Positions 47,813 through 56,721 of a DNA stretch of 64,000 nt are shown here, in pieces. This stretch comes from Candidatus Nomurabacteria bacterium RIFCSPHIGHO2_12_FULL_42_19 (GTDB lineage: Bacteria > Patescibacteriota > Minisyncoccia > Phycocordibacterales > UBA9973), in NCBI GenBank assembly GCA_001786955.1, contig MFUM01000008.1, forward strand, positions 11,062 to 75,061, in the 5' to 3' direction. The number at the start of each line of letters is the position of its first letter. Position 1 is the first letter of the stretch. The notes beneath the pieces are model-generated. The model saw nothing but the letters and a program-made list of their open reading frames with translations, did no database searches and was not told the origin of the DNA. Made by a program: the position numbers and the translations under genes.

Positions 47813-47843
47813 TCTATTCTATAATTCTATAGAATATTAGAAT
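47813..47843 (+). repeat. 31-bp near-palindromic site, copy C
   Basis: Identical to copy A; identity extends through ATGAAAACAGAA. Confidence 0.95.
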
Positions 47844-49602
47844 GAAAACAGAAACAAGAAATTGTCAAAACTGTAAAAAGGACTTCACGATAGAACCCGA
47901 GGATTTTAATTTCTACGAGAAAATCAAAGTTCCTCCGCCGACCTTTTGTCATTTGTGTCGGGCACAGAGGAGATTGGCCTTTAGAAATGAGAGAAAACTT
48001 TTTAAAGTAAAAGATGCTTTTACTGGAGAAAGTATTTTTTCCACTTTTCCCACAGAAAGTGGCAGAAAGATAATTAAGAGAGAAATCTGGATGGGAGACA
48101 CTTGGGATGGCATGGAATACGGTCGGGAGTATGATTTTTCAAAACCTTTTCTACAGCAGTTGCGCGAACTTATCAACTCTTTGCCGATATACAATTTTAA
48201 CGTTATACGCATGGTAAATAGTCCATATTCTTTCAATGCTACGGACCTCAAAAATAGTTATCTTGTCTGCAACTCAAGTTATTCAGAGGATTGCATGTAC
48301 GGGAACGCCATTGATAATTGTAAAGATTGTGTAGATAACTCTCATATTCATGAGTCCGAGCGGTGTTATGAATCCTTTTGGCTCGCCAAATGTTATCAAT
48401 GCTATTTTACCCAGAGGGCAGAGGAGTCCAGAAATCTATGGTTTTGTCGTGGGTGTGTAGGCTGCCAAGATTGTTTCGGGTGTGCTAATTTAGTCAATGC
48501 TTCGTATTGCATTTTTAATAAAAAATATAACCCAGATGAATATCGTAATATTATAAAAGGAATGGAGTTAGATACATACGAAGGAATAATGGTGGCCAGA
48601 GAAAAGGCGCGCGTATTTTGGGATACCCAGCCCGTAAAAAGTATTCAAGGAATAAAGAATGTGAACTCTTCTGGTTCCTATATTACTCACTGCAGGAATG
48701 TTAAGGATAGTTATTTAGTTCGGGAGAGTGAAAACATCCGCTACTGCCAATATCTGCAAGTACCCTCCAGTAAAGAGAATTACGATGTGACAGTGTGGGG
48801 AAACAATACCGAGCTTTGTTACGAGACGGTAGAGTGCGGAGATGATTCGTATAATAATAAATTTACTTGGAATTGTTGGCCTGCTTGTAGAAATCTTGAA
48901 TACTCTACGCATCTTTTCAGTTCTTCGGATTGTTTTGGATGTTCAGGACTAAAGAAAAAACAATATTGCATTTTAAACAAGCAGTATACGAAAGAGGACT
49001 ATAAAGCAATGGTGGAGAAGATTAAAAAACACATGGATGAAATGCCTTATGTCGATGTTCGTGGCCTAATCTATAAATACGGAGAATTTTTACCAATAGA
49101 ATTTTGTCCTTTCGGTTATAACAATACTTTAGCAGGCCAGCATTTTACCTTATCTAAAGAAGAAGCGCTAAAGAATAATTATGGATGGGTTGACGGAGAA
49201 CGAGGAGAATACACTATTACTAAAAAATCTTCGGAACTCCCGGAGTCTATTACCAGCACTTCAGATGATATTTTGAAAGAAGTTTTCGAATGTCAATCAT
49301 GCAAAAATGCTTACCGCGTTCTCGAAAATGAATTGATTTTTTTGCGCAAGGAAAATTTGTCGGCTCCACGTCTCTGTAGTGAATGTAGGCATGAGCGTAG
49401 AATCAACGACAGGCTGAAATTATTTTTATACGAAAGATCCTGTATGTGCGCTGGTATTACCGACCAGACCAATACATATAAAAATACCATTTCTCATAAT
49501 CACAAAGATTTTCCGTGTGGAGAGGTATTCAAAACCGGCTATGCTCCAGACCGCCCGGAAATTGTTTACTGCGAGAAATGTTACCAACAAGAAGTGTATT
49601 GA
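47842..49602 (+). CDS. Cys-rich zinc-ribbon / Cys-periodic repeat protein, paralog 4
   Basis: MKTETRNCQNCKKDFTIEP..CHLC; C-terminal PDRPEIVYCEKCYQQEVY. Confidence 0.88.
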   Translation: MKTETRNCQNCKKDFTIEPEDFNFYEKIKVPPPTFCHLCRAQRRLAFRNERKLFKVKDAFTGESIFSTFPTESGRKIIKREIWMGDTWDGMEYGREYDFSKPFLQQLRELINSLPIYNFNVIRMVNSPYSFNATDLKNSYLVCNSSYSEDCMYGNAIDNCKDCVDNSHIHESERCYESFWLAKCYQCYFTQRAEESRNLWFCRGCVGCQDCFGCANLVNASYCIFNKKYNPDEYRNIIKGMELDTYEGIMVAREKARVFWDTQPVKSIQGIKNVNSSGSYITHCRNVKDSYLVRESENIRYCQYLQVPSSKENYDVTVWGNNTELCYETVECGDDSYNNKFTWNCWPACRNLEYSTHLFSSSDCFGCSGLKKKQYCILNKQYTKEDYKAMVEKIKKHMDEMPYVDVRGLIYKYGEFLPIEFCPFGYNNTLAGQHFTLSKEEALKNNYGWVDGERGEYTITKKSSELPESITSTSDDILKEVFECQSCKNAYRVLENELIFLRKENLSAPRLCSECRHERRINDRLKLFLYERSCMCAGITDQTNTYKNTISHNHKDFPCGEVFKTGYAPDRPEIVYCEKCYQQEVY

Positions 49603-49639
49603 AAACTAAGATTTCTGCTATCGCAGAGTTTTAAGTAAA

Positions 49640-51391
49640 ATGAATACAAAAACAGAAACTAGAATATGCCAGAACTGTAAAAAGGACTTCACGATAGAAC
49701 CGGAGGATTTTAATTTTTATGAGAAAATGGCGGTGCCAGCTCCGACTTGGTGTCCTGATTGTCGTTTGCAGAGGCGCCTCACTTTTCGCAACGAAAGAAC
49801 TTTTTACAAACGCCCATGCGATCTATGTGGTGTAAGCACTATTTCAAGATATGATCCCTCTAAGGGAGAGTTAAGTTATTGTGGGGAATGCTGGTGGAGT
49901 GACAAATGGAATCCCGCAAGCTACGGACAGGGCTATGATTTTTCGAGACCATTTTTTGAGCAATTTTCGGAGCTTATGAAAAAAGTTCCGCATCAAAATC
50001 TATCTGTAAGCTATAAGACACTCACTAACAGTGATTTTACAAACATGAATCATTACTTGAAAAATTGTTATTATATATTTAACTCCGACTACGATGAGAG
50101 ATGTTTGTACGGAGAGGAGATAGAACACAGTGCCGATTGTATGGATATGACGATGGCCGAAAACACCCAACTTGCCTATGAGAGCGTAAATTGCAATAAA
50201 TGCTATCAAATTTATTATTCCGTAGATTGCGAAAGTTCCCATGATATTTGGTTTTCTAAGAATTTAGTTGGCTGTTCGAATTGCTTCAGTTGTATTAATT
50301 TGCGTGGTCAACAATATTGCATTTTCAACGAAAAATATAGCCGAGAAGATTATCTAAAAAAACTACAGAAGTTTAATCTAGGTTCTTATGCTGGCACTCA
50401 AGGAATTAAAAAAGAAGCTGCAGGATTCTGGCTCAAATTCCCAAATAAATACATGCATGGAATTCAGAATTTGGATTCCACCGGTGACTATATCTATAAT
50501 TCCAAATATGTAAAAAAATCATTCGTTATTGCAGGAGGAGAATATTGCAAATATTGTTTCCTGCTGATTGGTAAAAATAATAAAGAATGTTATGACTTCA
50601 CGCAGTTTGGCGAGAACACGGAAAAAGTATACGAATCATTAGTTTCTGGGAATGGCATCAGTAATGTTATTGGGGGCATCGTGACTCTCGAAGGAAGAAA
50701 TATAAGATATTCTGTGGATTGCCGTGATAGCAATAGATTTGGTTGTGTAGGGATACGTGATAAAAAACATTATATTTTCAACAAAGAATATACAAAGGAG
50801 GAATATGAAAATTTAGTGCCGAAAATAGTTGAACACATGAATAGCATGCCTTATATTGACAAGAAGGGCTGCCAATATGTTTACGGCGATTTCTTCCCGA
50901 CAGAAATTTCTCCCTATAGTTATAATGAAACCACTGCTCAGGAATTTTTTCCATTAACTAAGCAAGAAGCCGGAGAACAAGGATATTCATGGAAAGAACC
51001 GAAGGAAAGAAATTATAAAATAACTATAGAATCGGAAAATTTACCCGATAATATTAAGGATATTCCAGACGATATGGTATCCGCGGTAATCGGTTGTGAG
51101 CATGGAGGTAAATGCAAAGAACAATGCACTATCGCTTTTAAAATCATAGAACCTGAATTGCAATTTTATAAATCACAAAATTTGCCACTTCCGCATTTGT
51201 GTCCTAATTGCAGACATTACCAAAGAGTTTTAAACAGAAACCCAAATAAATTTTGGCATAGACAATGCATGTGCGACAAAAAGCATGTTCATCACGAAGG
51301 GCAATGTGAAGTCGAATTTGAGACTTCATACGCCCCCGAGCGACCAGAAATTGTATATTGCGAAAAATGTTACCAGCAAGAGGTGTATTAA
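49640..51391 (+). CDS. Cys-rich zinc-ribbon / Cys-periodic repeat protein, paralog 5
   Basis: CQNCKKDFTIEP..CPDC; C-terminal PERPEIVYCEKCYQQEVY. Confidence 0.88.
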   Translation: MNTKTETRICQNCKKDFTIEPEDFNFYEKMAVPAPTWCPDCRLQRRLTFRNERTFYKRPCDLCGVSTISRYDPSKGELSYCGECWWSDKWNPASYGQGYDFSRPFFEQFSELMKKVPHQNLSVSYKTLTNSDFTNMNHYLKNCYYIFNSDYDERCLYGEEIEHSADCMDMTMAENTQLAYESVNCNKCYQIYYSVDCESSHDIWFSKNLVGCSNCFSCINLRGQQYCIFNEKYSREDYLKKLQKFNLGSYAGTQGIKKEAAGFWLKFPNKYMHGIQNLDSTGDYIYNSKYVKKSFVIAGGEYCKYCFLLIGKNNKECYDFTQFGENTEKVYESLVSGNGISNVIGGIVTLEGRNIRYSVDCRDSNRFGCVGIRDKKHYIFNKEYTKEEYENLVPKIVEHMNSMPYIDKKGCQYVYGDFFPTEISPYSYNETTAQEFFPLTKQEAGEQGYSWKEPKERNYKITIESENLPDNIKDIPDDMVSAVIGCEHGGKCKEQCTIAFKIIEPELQFYKSQNLPLPHLCPNCRHYQRVLNRNPNKFWHRQCMCDKKHVHHEGQCEVEFETSYAPERPEIVYCEKCYQQEVY

Positions 51392-51434
51392 TATCTTATT
51401 CTAGTGTTTTGCAAAAGACTGAAATAATAAAAAC

Positions 51435-53207
51435 ATGAAAAGCGAAACTAAAAATTGTCAAAATTGCAAAAAAGATTTCATGATAGAATCGGAGGATTTT
51501 AATTTTTATGAGAAAATTAAAGTTCCTCCGCCGACTTTTTGCCCTGAATGTAGGCTAATTCGCAGAATGACTTGGCGCAACGAGCGATCACTTTTTAAAA
51601 GAGTTTGCGCAAAAACGGGAGAACAAATAATAACCATGTTTCATCCCGAAATTAATATGGTGGTGTATGACCACGACGTGTGGTGGAGCGATAAATGGGA
51701 GCCGACGGATTACGGAAAAGATTACGATTTTTCTCGACCTTTTTTTGAACAGTTTAGGGAACTATTCCAAAAAGTACCGCTTGCAAATTTAGGGAATTCA
51801 AACTGTAAAGGAAGTCCGTACGGTAATCACAATGCGGATTGCAAATATTGCTATTTGACATACGCTTCTTTTAATAATGAACGAACACATTATTCTTATG
51901 GAGTAGTTGAAACGAAAGATTGTGTAGATATGTATAAATGCGGTAAATCTGAATTAAGTTACAACGACACCCTTTGTGCCGGCTTATATAAAACCCATTT
52001 TTCTTACGATTCCGATGAGTCGATAAATTCTTTTTTCTTAAAGTATTGCAAAAATCTGCAGGATTGCATTGGCTGTGTTAATTTAAGGAACAAGAGTCAT
52101 TGCATTTTAAATGTGCAATATACGAAGGAAGAATATAAAAAGAAAAAAAAAGAATTGGACTTCGGCAGCTATCGAATTCTCTCTGAATTTAAAGATTCTT
52201 ACGACAAATTTGTTCTTAATTTTCCAAACAGATACGCAAGTATTATAAAATCCACCGAAGCAACTGGCGACGAAATTATGAATTCCAAAAATATAAAAAA
52301 TTCTTTTGATATTTTTGGAGAGGCTGAAGATTCAAAATATTTATTTCACTGCGTAAGTATTAAAGACAGTTATGACATGTATGGCGCCGGATTGGCGTCT
52401 CTTATGTATGAGGGGATAGATGCTGGCATAGACGCGTCAAAAGAACTGTTCTGCGCGATTGCCCATAGTTGTTTGGATATTTATTATTCTTATATGTGTT
52501 TTAGCTCAAAAAATCTTTTTGGCTGTATTGGGTTGCGAGGTAAGCAATATTGTATTTTAAATAAGCAATATTCCAAAGAGGAATACTTTAATTTATTACC
52601 TAAAATTATTGAACACATGAACACCATGCCTTTTAAAGATAAAAAAGGTCTAATTTACAAATATGGAGAATTTTTTCCATCCGAATTGTCGCCTTTTGCT
52701 TATAATGAAACGATGGCTCAGGAGTATTTTACTAAAACAAAAGAAGAAATAATTCAAAAGGGGCATGTTTACCGAACACCAACTGAAAAAGATTATCAAG
52801 TTACCATATTGAGTAAAGATTTGCCGGATCACATCAGAGATGTTCCTGAAACCATACTTGAGGAAATTATCGCTTGTCCTAACAATGGACAAGAATCAAC
52901 TCAATGCACTAAGGCTTATCGCATCACTAAACCGGAATTAGATTTTTTAAAAAATAATAATATTACACTACCAAGATATTGTCCGAATTGTAGACACTAC
53001 GGAAGGCTGAAGCAAAGAAATCCGTTTCATCTTTGGCGAGGCAAATGCCAGTGTGCTGGAGATTATTCCAAAAACAAAAAATATAAAAACACAATGGAGC
53101 ATATCCACGGAAACAAACCATGTCTGAATGAGTTTGAAACCCCATACGCTCCCGAGCGGTCGGAAATAATTTACTGCGAAAAGTGTTATCAGCAGGAAGT
53201 ATATTAG
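51435..53207 (+). CDS. Cys-rich zinc-ribbon / Cys-periodic repeat protein, paralog 6
   Basis: MKSETKNCQNCKKDF..CPEC; C-terminal PERSEIIYCEKCYQQEVY. Confidence 0.88.
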   Translation: MKSETKNCQNCKKDFMIESEDFNFYEKIKVPPPTFCPECRLIRRMTWRNERSLFKRVCAKTGEQIITMFHPEINMVVYDHDVWWSDKWEPTDYGKDYDFSRPFFEQFRELFQKVPLANLGNSNCKGSPYGNHNADCKYCYLTYASFNNERTHYSYGVVETKDCVDMYKCGKSELSYNDTLCAGLYKTHFSYDSDESINSFFLKYCKNLQDCIGCVNLRNKSHCILNVQYTKEEYKKKKKELDFGSYRILSEFKDSYDKFVLNFPNRYASIIKSTEATGDEIMNSKNIKNSFDIFGEAEDSKYLFHCVSIKDSYDMYGAGLASLMYEGIDAGIDASKELFCAIAHSCLDIYYSYMCFSSKNLFGCIGLRGKQYCILNKQYSKEEYFNLLPKIIEHMNTMPFKDKKGLIYKYGEFFPSELSPFAYNETMAQEYFTKTKEEIIQKGHVYRTPTEKDYQVTILSKDLPDHIRDVPETILEEIIACPNNGQESTQCTKAYRITKPELDFLKNNNITLPRYCPNCRHYGRLKQRNPFHLWRGKCQCAGDYSKNKKYKNTMEHIHGNKPCLNEFETPYAPERSEIIYCEKCYQQEVY

Positions 53208-53245
53208 AACCCTTCCCGCCTGCGAAGGAGGGGATTGAGGGGTGG

Positions 53246-53962
53246 TTAGATGCCTTTTACCGTCCGGTAAGTGGCTATAATGGCGGCAGTTTCGGCGCGT
53301 AGAGTAAGTGACCCCAGGGAATAAATATTATAACCAGAATTTTTTGCCAAGTTTATCTCCTTTTCCGTAAAACCGCCTTCGGGACCGATAAAAATGCTGA
53401 TATTCTGTGCTTCCTTGTTCGGGATATATAAATTATTTCCTAAATGAAAAATTATTTTTTCTTCTGCTTTGTTTCCGTCAGTTAAGGCGTCTTTAAATTT
53501 TAGAATAGGAAATAATTCCGGGACGAAACTTCTCCCGGACTGCTCACTTGCTTCCAAGATTATTTTTTTTAGACGGTCTGTGTTTAATCCGGTTTTTATT
53601 GTTCTTTCAGTGATTGTCGGTATGATTTCCGAAACTCCGGCCTCAACCGCTTTCTGTACCGCTAACTCGAAATTTTCTTTTTTCAAAATTGCCAGATACA
53701 GACTCACTTTTCTTTTGGTTTTGTCTTTTTTTTCTACTTTATTAATGATACCCGTAACTTTATTTGCAGATACTAGAACCAAAGTTACTTCCGCATTATT
53801 TCCCTTGCCATCTGCGAGAATTATTATATCGTCTTTTTTTAATCTCAAAACGCCCTTTATTTGCTTGATTATTTTGGTATCAAGAATTTCCACTTCTGTA
53901 CCCGAGATAAATCCCTGTCCGCCTTTGGTGGAATAGTTCCCGATAAATCTGTTTAGTCGCAT
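53246..53962 (-). CDS. rsmE: 16S rRNA m3U1498 methyltransferase RsmE
   Basis: VLRLK, QKAVEAGV, EASEQSGR, IGPEGGFT, LG..TLRAETA. Confidence 0.95.
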   Translation of the reverse strand: MRLNRFIGNYSTKGGQGFISGTEVEILDTKIIKQIKGVLRLKKDDIIILADGKGNNAEVTLVLVSANKVTGIINKVEKKDKTKRKVSLYLAILKKENFELAVQKAVEAGVSEIIPTITERTIKTGLNTDRLKKIILEASEQSGRSFVPELFPILKFKDALTDGNKAEEKIIFHLGNNLYIPNKEAQNISIFIGPEGGFTEKEINLAKNSGYNIYSLGSLTLRAETAAIIATYRTVKGI

Positions 53963-54025
53963 TCTTTTATGATACACTTTCAACGTTGAACAATCAATAA
54001 ATAAGTGTTAAAATCATTAATATCT

Positions 54026-55534
54026 ATGGCCAAACCGAATCGAGTGCAAATAATCAAATACGGTCCGCCGCCGCCGGAACTGCCTATATTCGGGAAGGTC
54101 AAGCCCGAAGAGGTTTCTTTTATCGGCCGGACCAATTATGTCGCGGCTCTGGAAGAAAAAAAGTTTATTTTCGGCATCAAACGGGTGGACCGCCGGAGGC
54201 ATCTTTACATTATCGGCAAATCGGGGGTAGGCAAATCGAAACTTTTGGAACTTCTGGTCAGGCAGGATGTAAGTTATGGGCATGGATTGTGTTTTATTGA
54301 TCCGCACGGCGATGAATTTAAAAACATTCTGGATTTTGTTCCCAAGGAACGCATTGAGGATGTTTGTGTGATTGATCCCACTGACGTTGATTTCCCGGCT
54401 TCATTTAATCCTCTGGCCAACGTTGATCCCGCTTTTAAATTCATTTTGACCCAAGGGTTGATTGAGGTATTTCAAAAACAATTCGGAGCAAATTGGACGC
54501 CCCGCCTGGAGCACGTTTTTCGTTTTACTTGCCTAGCGCTGCTGGATTATCCTCATGCCACTATGCGCGGAATGATTTCCATGCTGACGGACCGGAATTA
54601 CCGGCAGAAAGTAGTGGAGTATATTACGGACGACATGGTAAAAAGATTCTTCGCGATTGAATTCGCGGACTGGTCGGAAAAATTTGATACGGATGCGATT
54701 ATCCCGCTGGTTAACAAACTCGGACAATTTCTTTCGGATCCGCTTCTGCGAAATATCTTCGGTCAGAAAGAAAATAAAATAGACATTAGCAAACTGATGA
54801 ATGAAGGCAAAATTATCCTGATAAACATTTCCAAAGGCCGACTCGGAGAAGAGAATTCCTCTTTTCTCGGTTCTATCTTTTTGACGAAAATAAAACAGGC
54901 CGGCATGGAGCGCGCTTCAATGGACGAGTCTGCGCGCACGGATTTCTATCTCTATGTGGACGAGTTCCAAAATGTGGTAACCCAAACCTTTGAAAATATT
55001 TTATCGGAGGCCCGTAAATACGGACTTAATCTGACTATCGCGCATCAGTATGTGGGCCAGATTATTACCAAGGTGCACCAAGCCGTACTCGGTAATTGCG
55101 GCAGTATTATAACTTTCCGTGTGGGTGGCGAAGACGCGGTAAAAATGAAGCCGGAATTCGCTCCGCTTTTTGATGTGAAAGATATGATCAACCTGGCTGT
55201 CGGTGAAATCTATATAAAAATGACGATAGACGGCGAATCTTATGATCCATTCTCTGCCGAAACCCTAAGAGTCCTTCCCCCGACTCATCCATCCTATCGA
55301 GAGGAAATTATAGAGGCTTCGCATCGAAAATATACGATACCGAAAGATGCGGCCGCCAAGCTTATCGCCGAAGAAGAAGCGACAATTATCCGGAGCGCCG
55401 AAGAAAAAGCGATAATTGAAGGGAGGGCTAAAAGGAAAGCAAGAGAGCGCGGGGAGACGGTAGAGACGGATGACGGCGGCGAAAAAGAAGAAATAAAAGA
55501 AAAAACTTCACAAGAGGCCGAGCCCATGATTTAG
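54026..55534 (+). CDS. VirD4/VirB4 (TraD/HerA-like) ATPase, second paralog
   Basis: DRRRHLYIIGKSGVGKS, IDPHGD, LYVDEFQN, ILSEARKYGL, AHQY. Confidence 0.88.
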   Translation: MAKPNRVQIIKYGPPPPELPIFGKVKPEEVSFIGRTNYVAALEEKKFIFGIKRVDRRRHLYIIGKSGVGKSKLLELLVRQDVSYGHGLCFIDPHGDEFKNILDFVPKERIEDVCVIDPTDVDFPASFNPLANVDPAFKFILTQGLIEVFQKQFGANWTPRLEHVFRFTCLALLDYPHATMRGMISMLTDRNYRQKVVEYITDDMVKRFFAIEFADWSEKFDTDAIIPLVNKLGQFLSDPLLRNIFGQKENKIDISKLMNEGKIILINISKGRLGEENSSFLGSIFLTKIKQAGMERASMDESARTDFYLYVDEFQNVVTQTFENILSEARKYGLNLTIAHQYVGQIITKVHQAVLGNCGSIITFRVGGEDAVKMKPEFAPLFDVKDMINLAVGEIYIKMTIDGESYDPFSAETLRVLPPTHPSYREEIIEASHRKYTIPKDAAAKLIAEEEATIIRSAEEKAIIEGRAKRKARERGETVETDDGGEKEEIKEKTSQEAEPMI

Positions 55535-55611
55535 AATTAGATTCTAAGTTCTGGTGATTAAGTTCTAGAAAAAATATTGAAATTTTATAAAAATCTGTTA
55601 ATATATAGTTT

Positions 55612-56715
55612 ATGTCAAAAGACTACTATGAGACATTGGGAGTAAATAAGAGCGCATCCAAAGACGAGATTAAGAAGGCTTTTTATAAATTGGCGCACAA
55701 GTATCATCCCGACAAAAAAGGCGGCAATGAAGCGAAATTCAAGCAGGTCAACGAGGCTTATCAGGTGCTTTCGGATGATGCCAAGCGCACAAAATATGAC
55801 CAGTTCGGTAGCGCCTACGCCGAAGGCTTCGGCGGTTCGCAGTCCGGTGGATTTAAAGGCGGTTTTGAAGGTTTTGATTTTTCCGGAAGAGGCGGACAAG
55901 CATACGGCGGCGCGGATTTTGACTTCGGGAATCTTAACGATATTTTCAGCGATTTTTTCGGAGGCGGAATGGGGGAAGAAAGGTCACAGGCGCGCCGCGG
56001 CCGGGATATTTCCACCGAAATTCAGATTTCTTTTTCCGATTCTATTTTTGGAATGAATCGGAAAATTCTAATTACTAAAACTTCAAATTGTCTCACTTGC
56101 AATGGTTTCGGCGCCAAGGCCGGCTCCAAGATGGAGACTTGCAAGCATTGCAATGGCCAAGGTAAGATTCGCGAATCCAAGAGAACGATTTTTGGGACTA
56201 TCGCCAATACAAAGATTTGCGAAGCCTGTCTGGGGACGGGAGAAGTGCCGAAAGAGATTTGCGACAGATGTAAGGGCAGGGGGGTGCTTCGCCGCGAAGA
56301 GGAAGTTTCAATTATTATTCCTCCGGGCATACGCGACGGCGAGATGGTCCGGATGACGAGCTATGGCGAAGCGATTTCCAGGGGAACAGCGGGGGATCTT
56401 TATATAAAAATAAATGTAACACCGCATCCCGTCTTCAAACGGGAAGGCAATGATTTGGCAATGAACTTAAATCTGAAGCTTTCTGACGCGCTTCTCGGAA
56501 CCAAATATCCGATTCAAACTCTGGATGGGGATATTGAGGTTACGATTCCGGAGGGCGTCGCGATGAATGAAATTCTGCGAGTGCGGGGGAAAGGTGTGCC
56601 GGTTTCCAAGAACAAACGCGGCGATTTGTTAATTAAACTCAACATAAAACTCCCCGGCAGGCTTTCCCGCAAATCTCAAGAACTCATCGAGGAGCTCAAA
56701 AAAGAGGGGATCTAA
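55612..56715 (+). CDS. dnaJ: Chaperone DnaJ
   Basis: J-domain with HPD, G/F-rich region, four CxxCxGxG repeats. Confidence 0.98.
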   Translation: MSKDYYETLGVNKSASKDEIKKAFYKLAHKYHPDKKGGNEAKFKQVNEAYQVLSDDAKRTKYDQFGSAYAEGFGGSQSGGFKGGFEGFDFSGRGGQAYGGADFDFGNLNDIFSDFFGGGMGEERSQARRGRDISTEIQISFSDSIFGMNRKILITKTSNCLTCNGFGAKAGSKMETCKHCNGQGKIRESKRTIFGTIANTKICEACLGTGEVPKEICDRCKGRGVLRREEEVSIIIPPGIRDGEMVRMTSYGEAISRGTAGDLYIKINVTPHPVFKREGNDLAMNLNLKLSDALLGTKYPIQTLDGDIEVTIPEGVAMNEILRVRGKGVPVSKNKRGDLLIKLNIKLPGRLSRKSQELIEELKKEGI

Positions 56716-56721
56716 GAAATT

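Noticed and set aside
36165-47843. 31-bp repeats as a CRISPR array
   Set aside because: The copies are kilobases apart, one is inverted, and whole genes separate them rather than 30-40 bp spacers.
36194-53207. Cys-rich paralogs as DGR targets or multiheme cytochromes
   Set aside because: No reverse transcriptase or adenine-specific template/variable repeat pair is visible, the C-termini are conserved rather than variable, there is no recurring CxxCH motif, and there are no export signals.
45708-55534. Conjugative element (ICE) around the VirD4/VirB4-like ATPases
   Set aside because: No relaxase, integrase or att sites; the genes are mixed with housekeeping genes (dnaK, rsmE, dnaJ).
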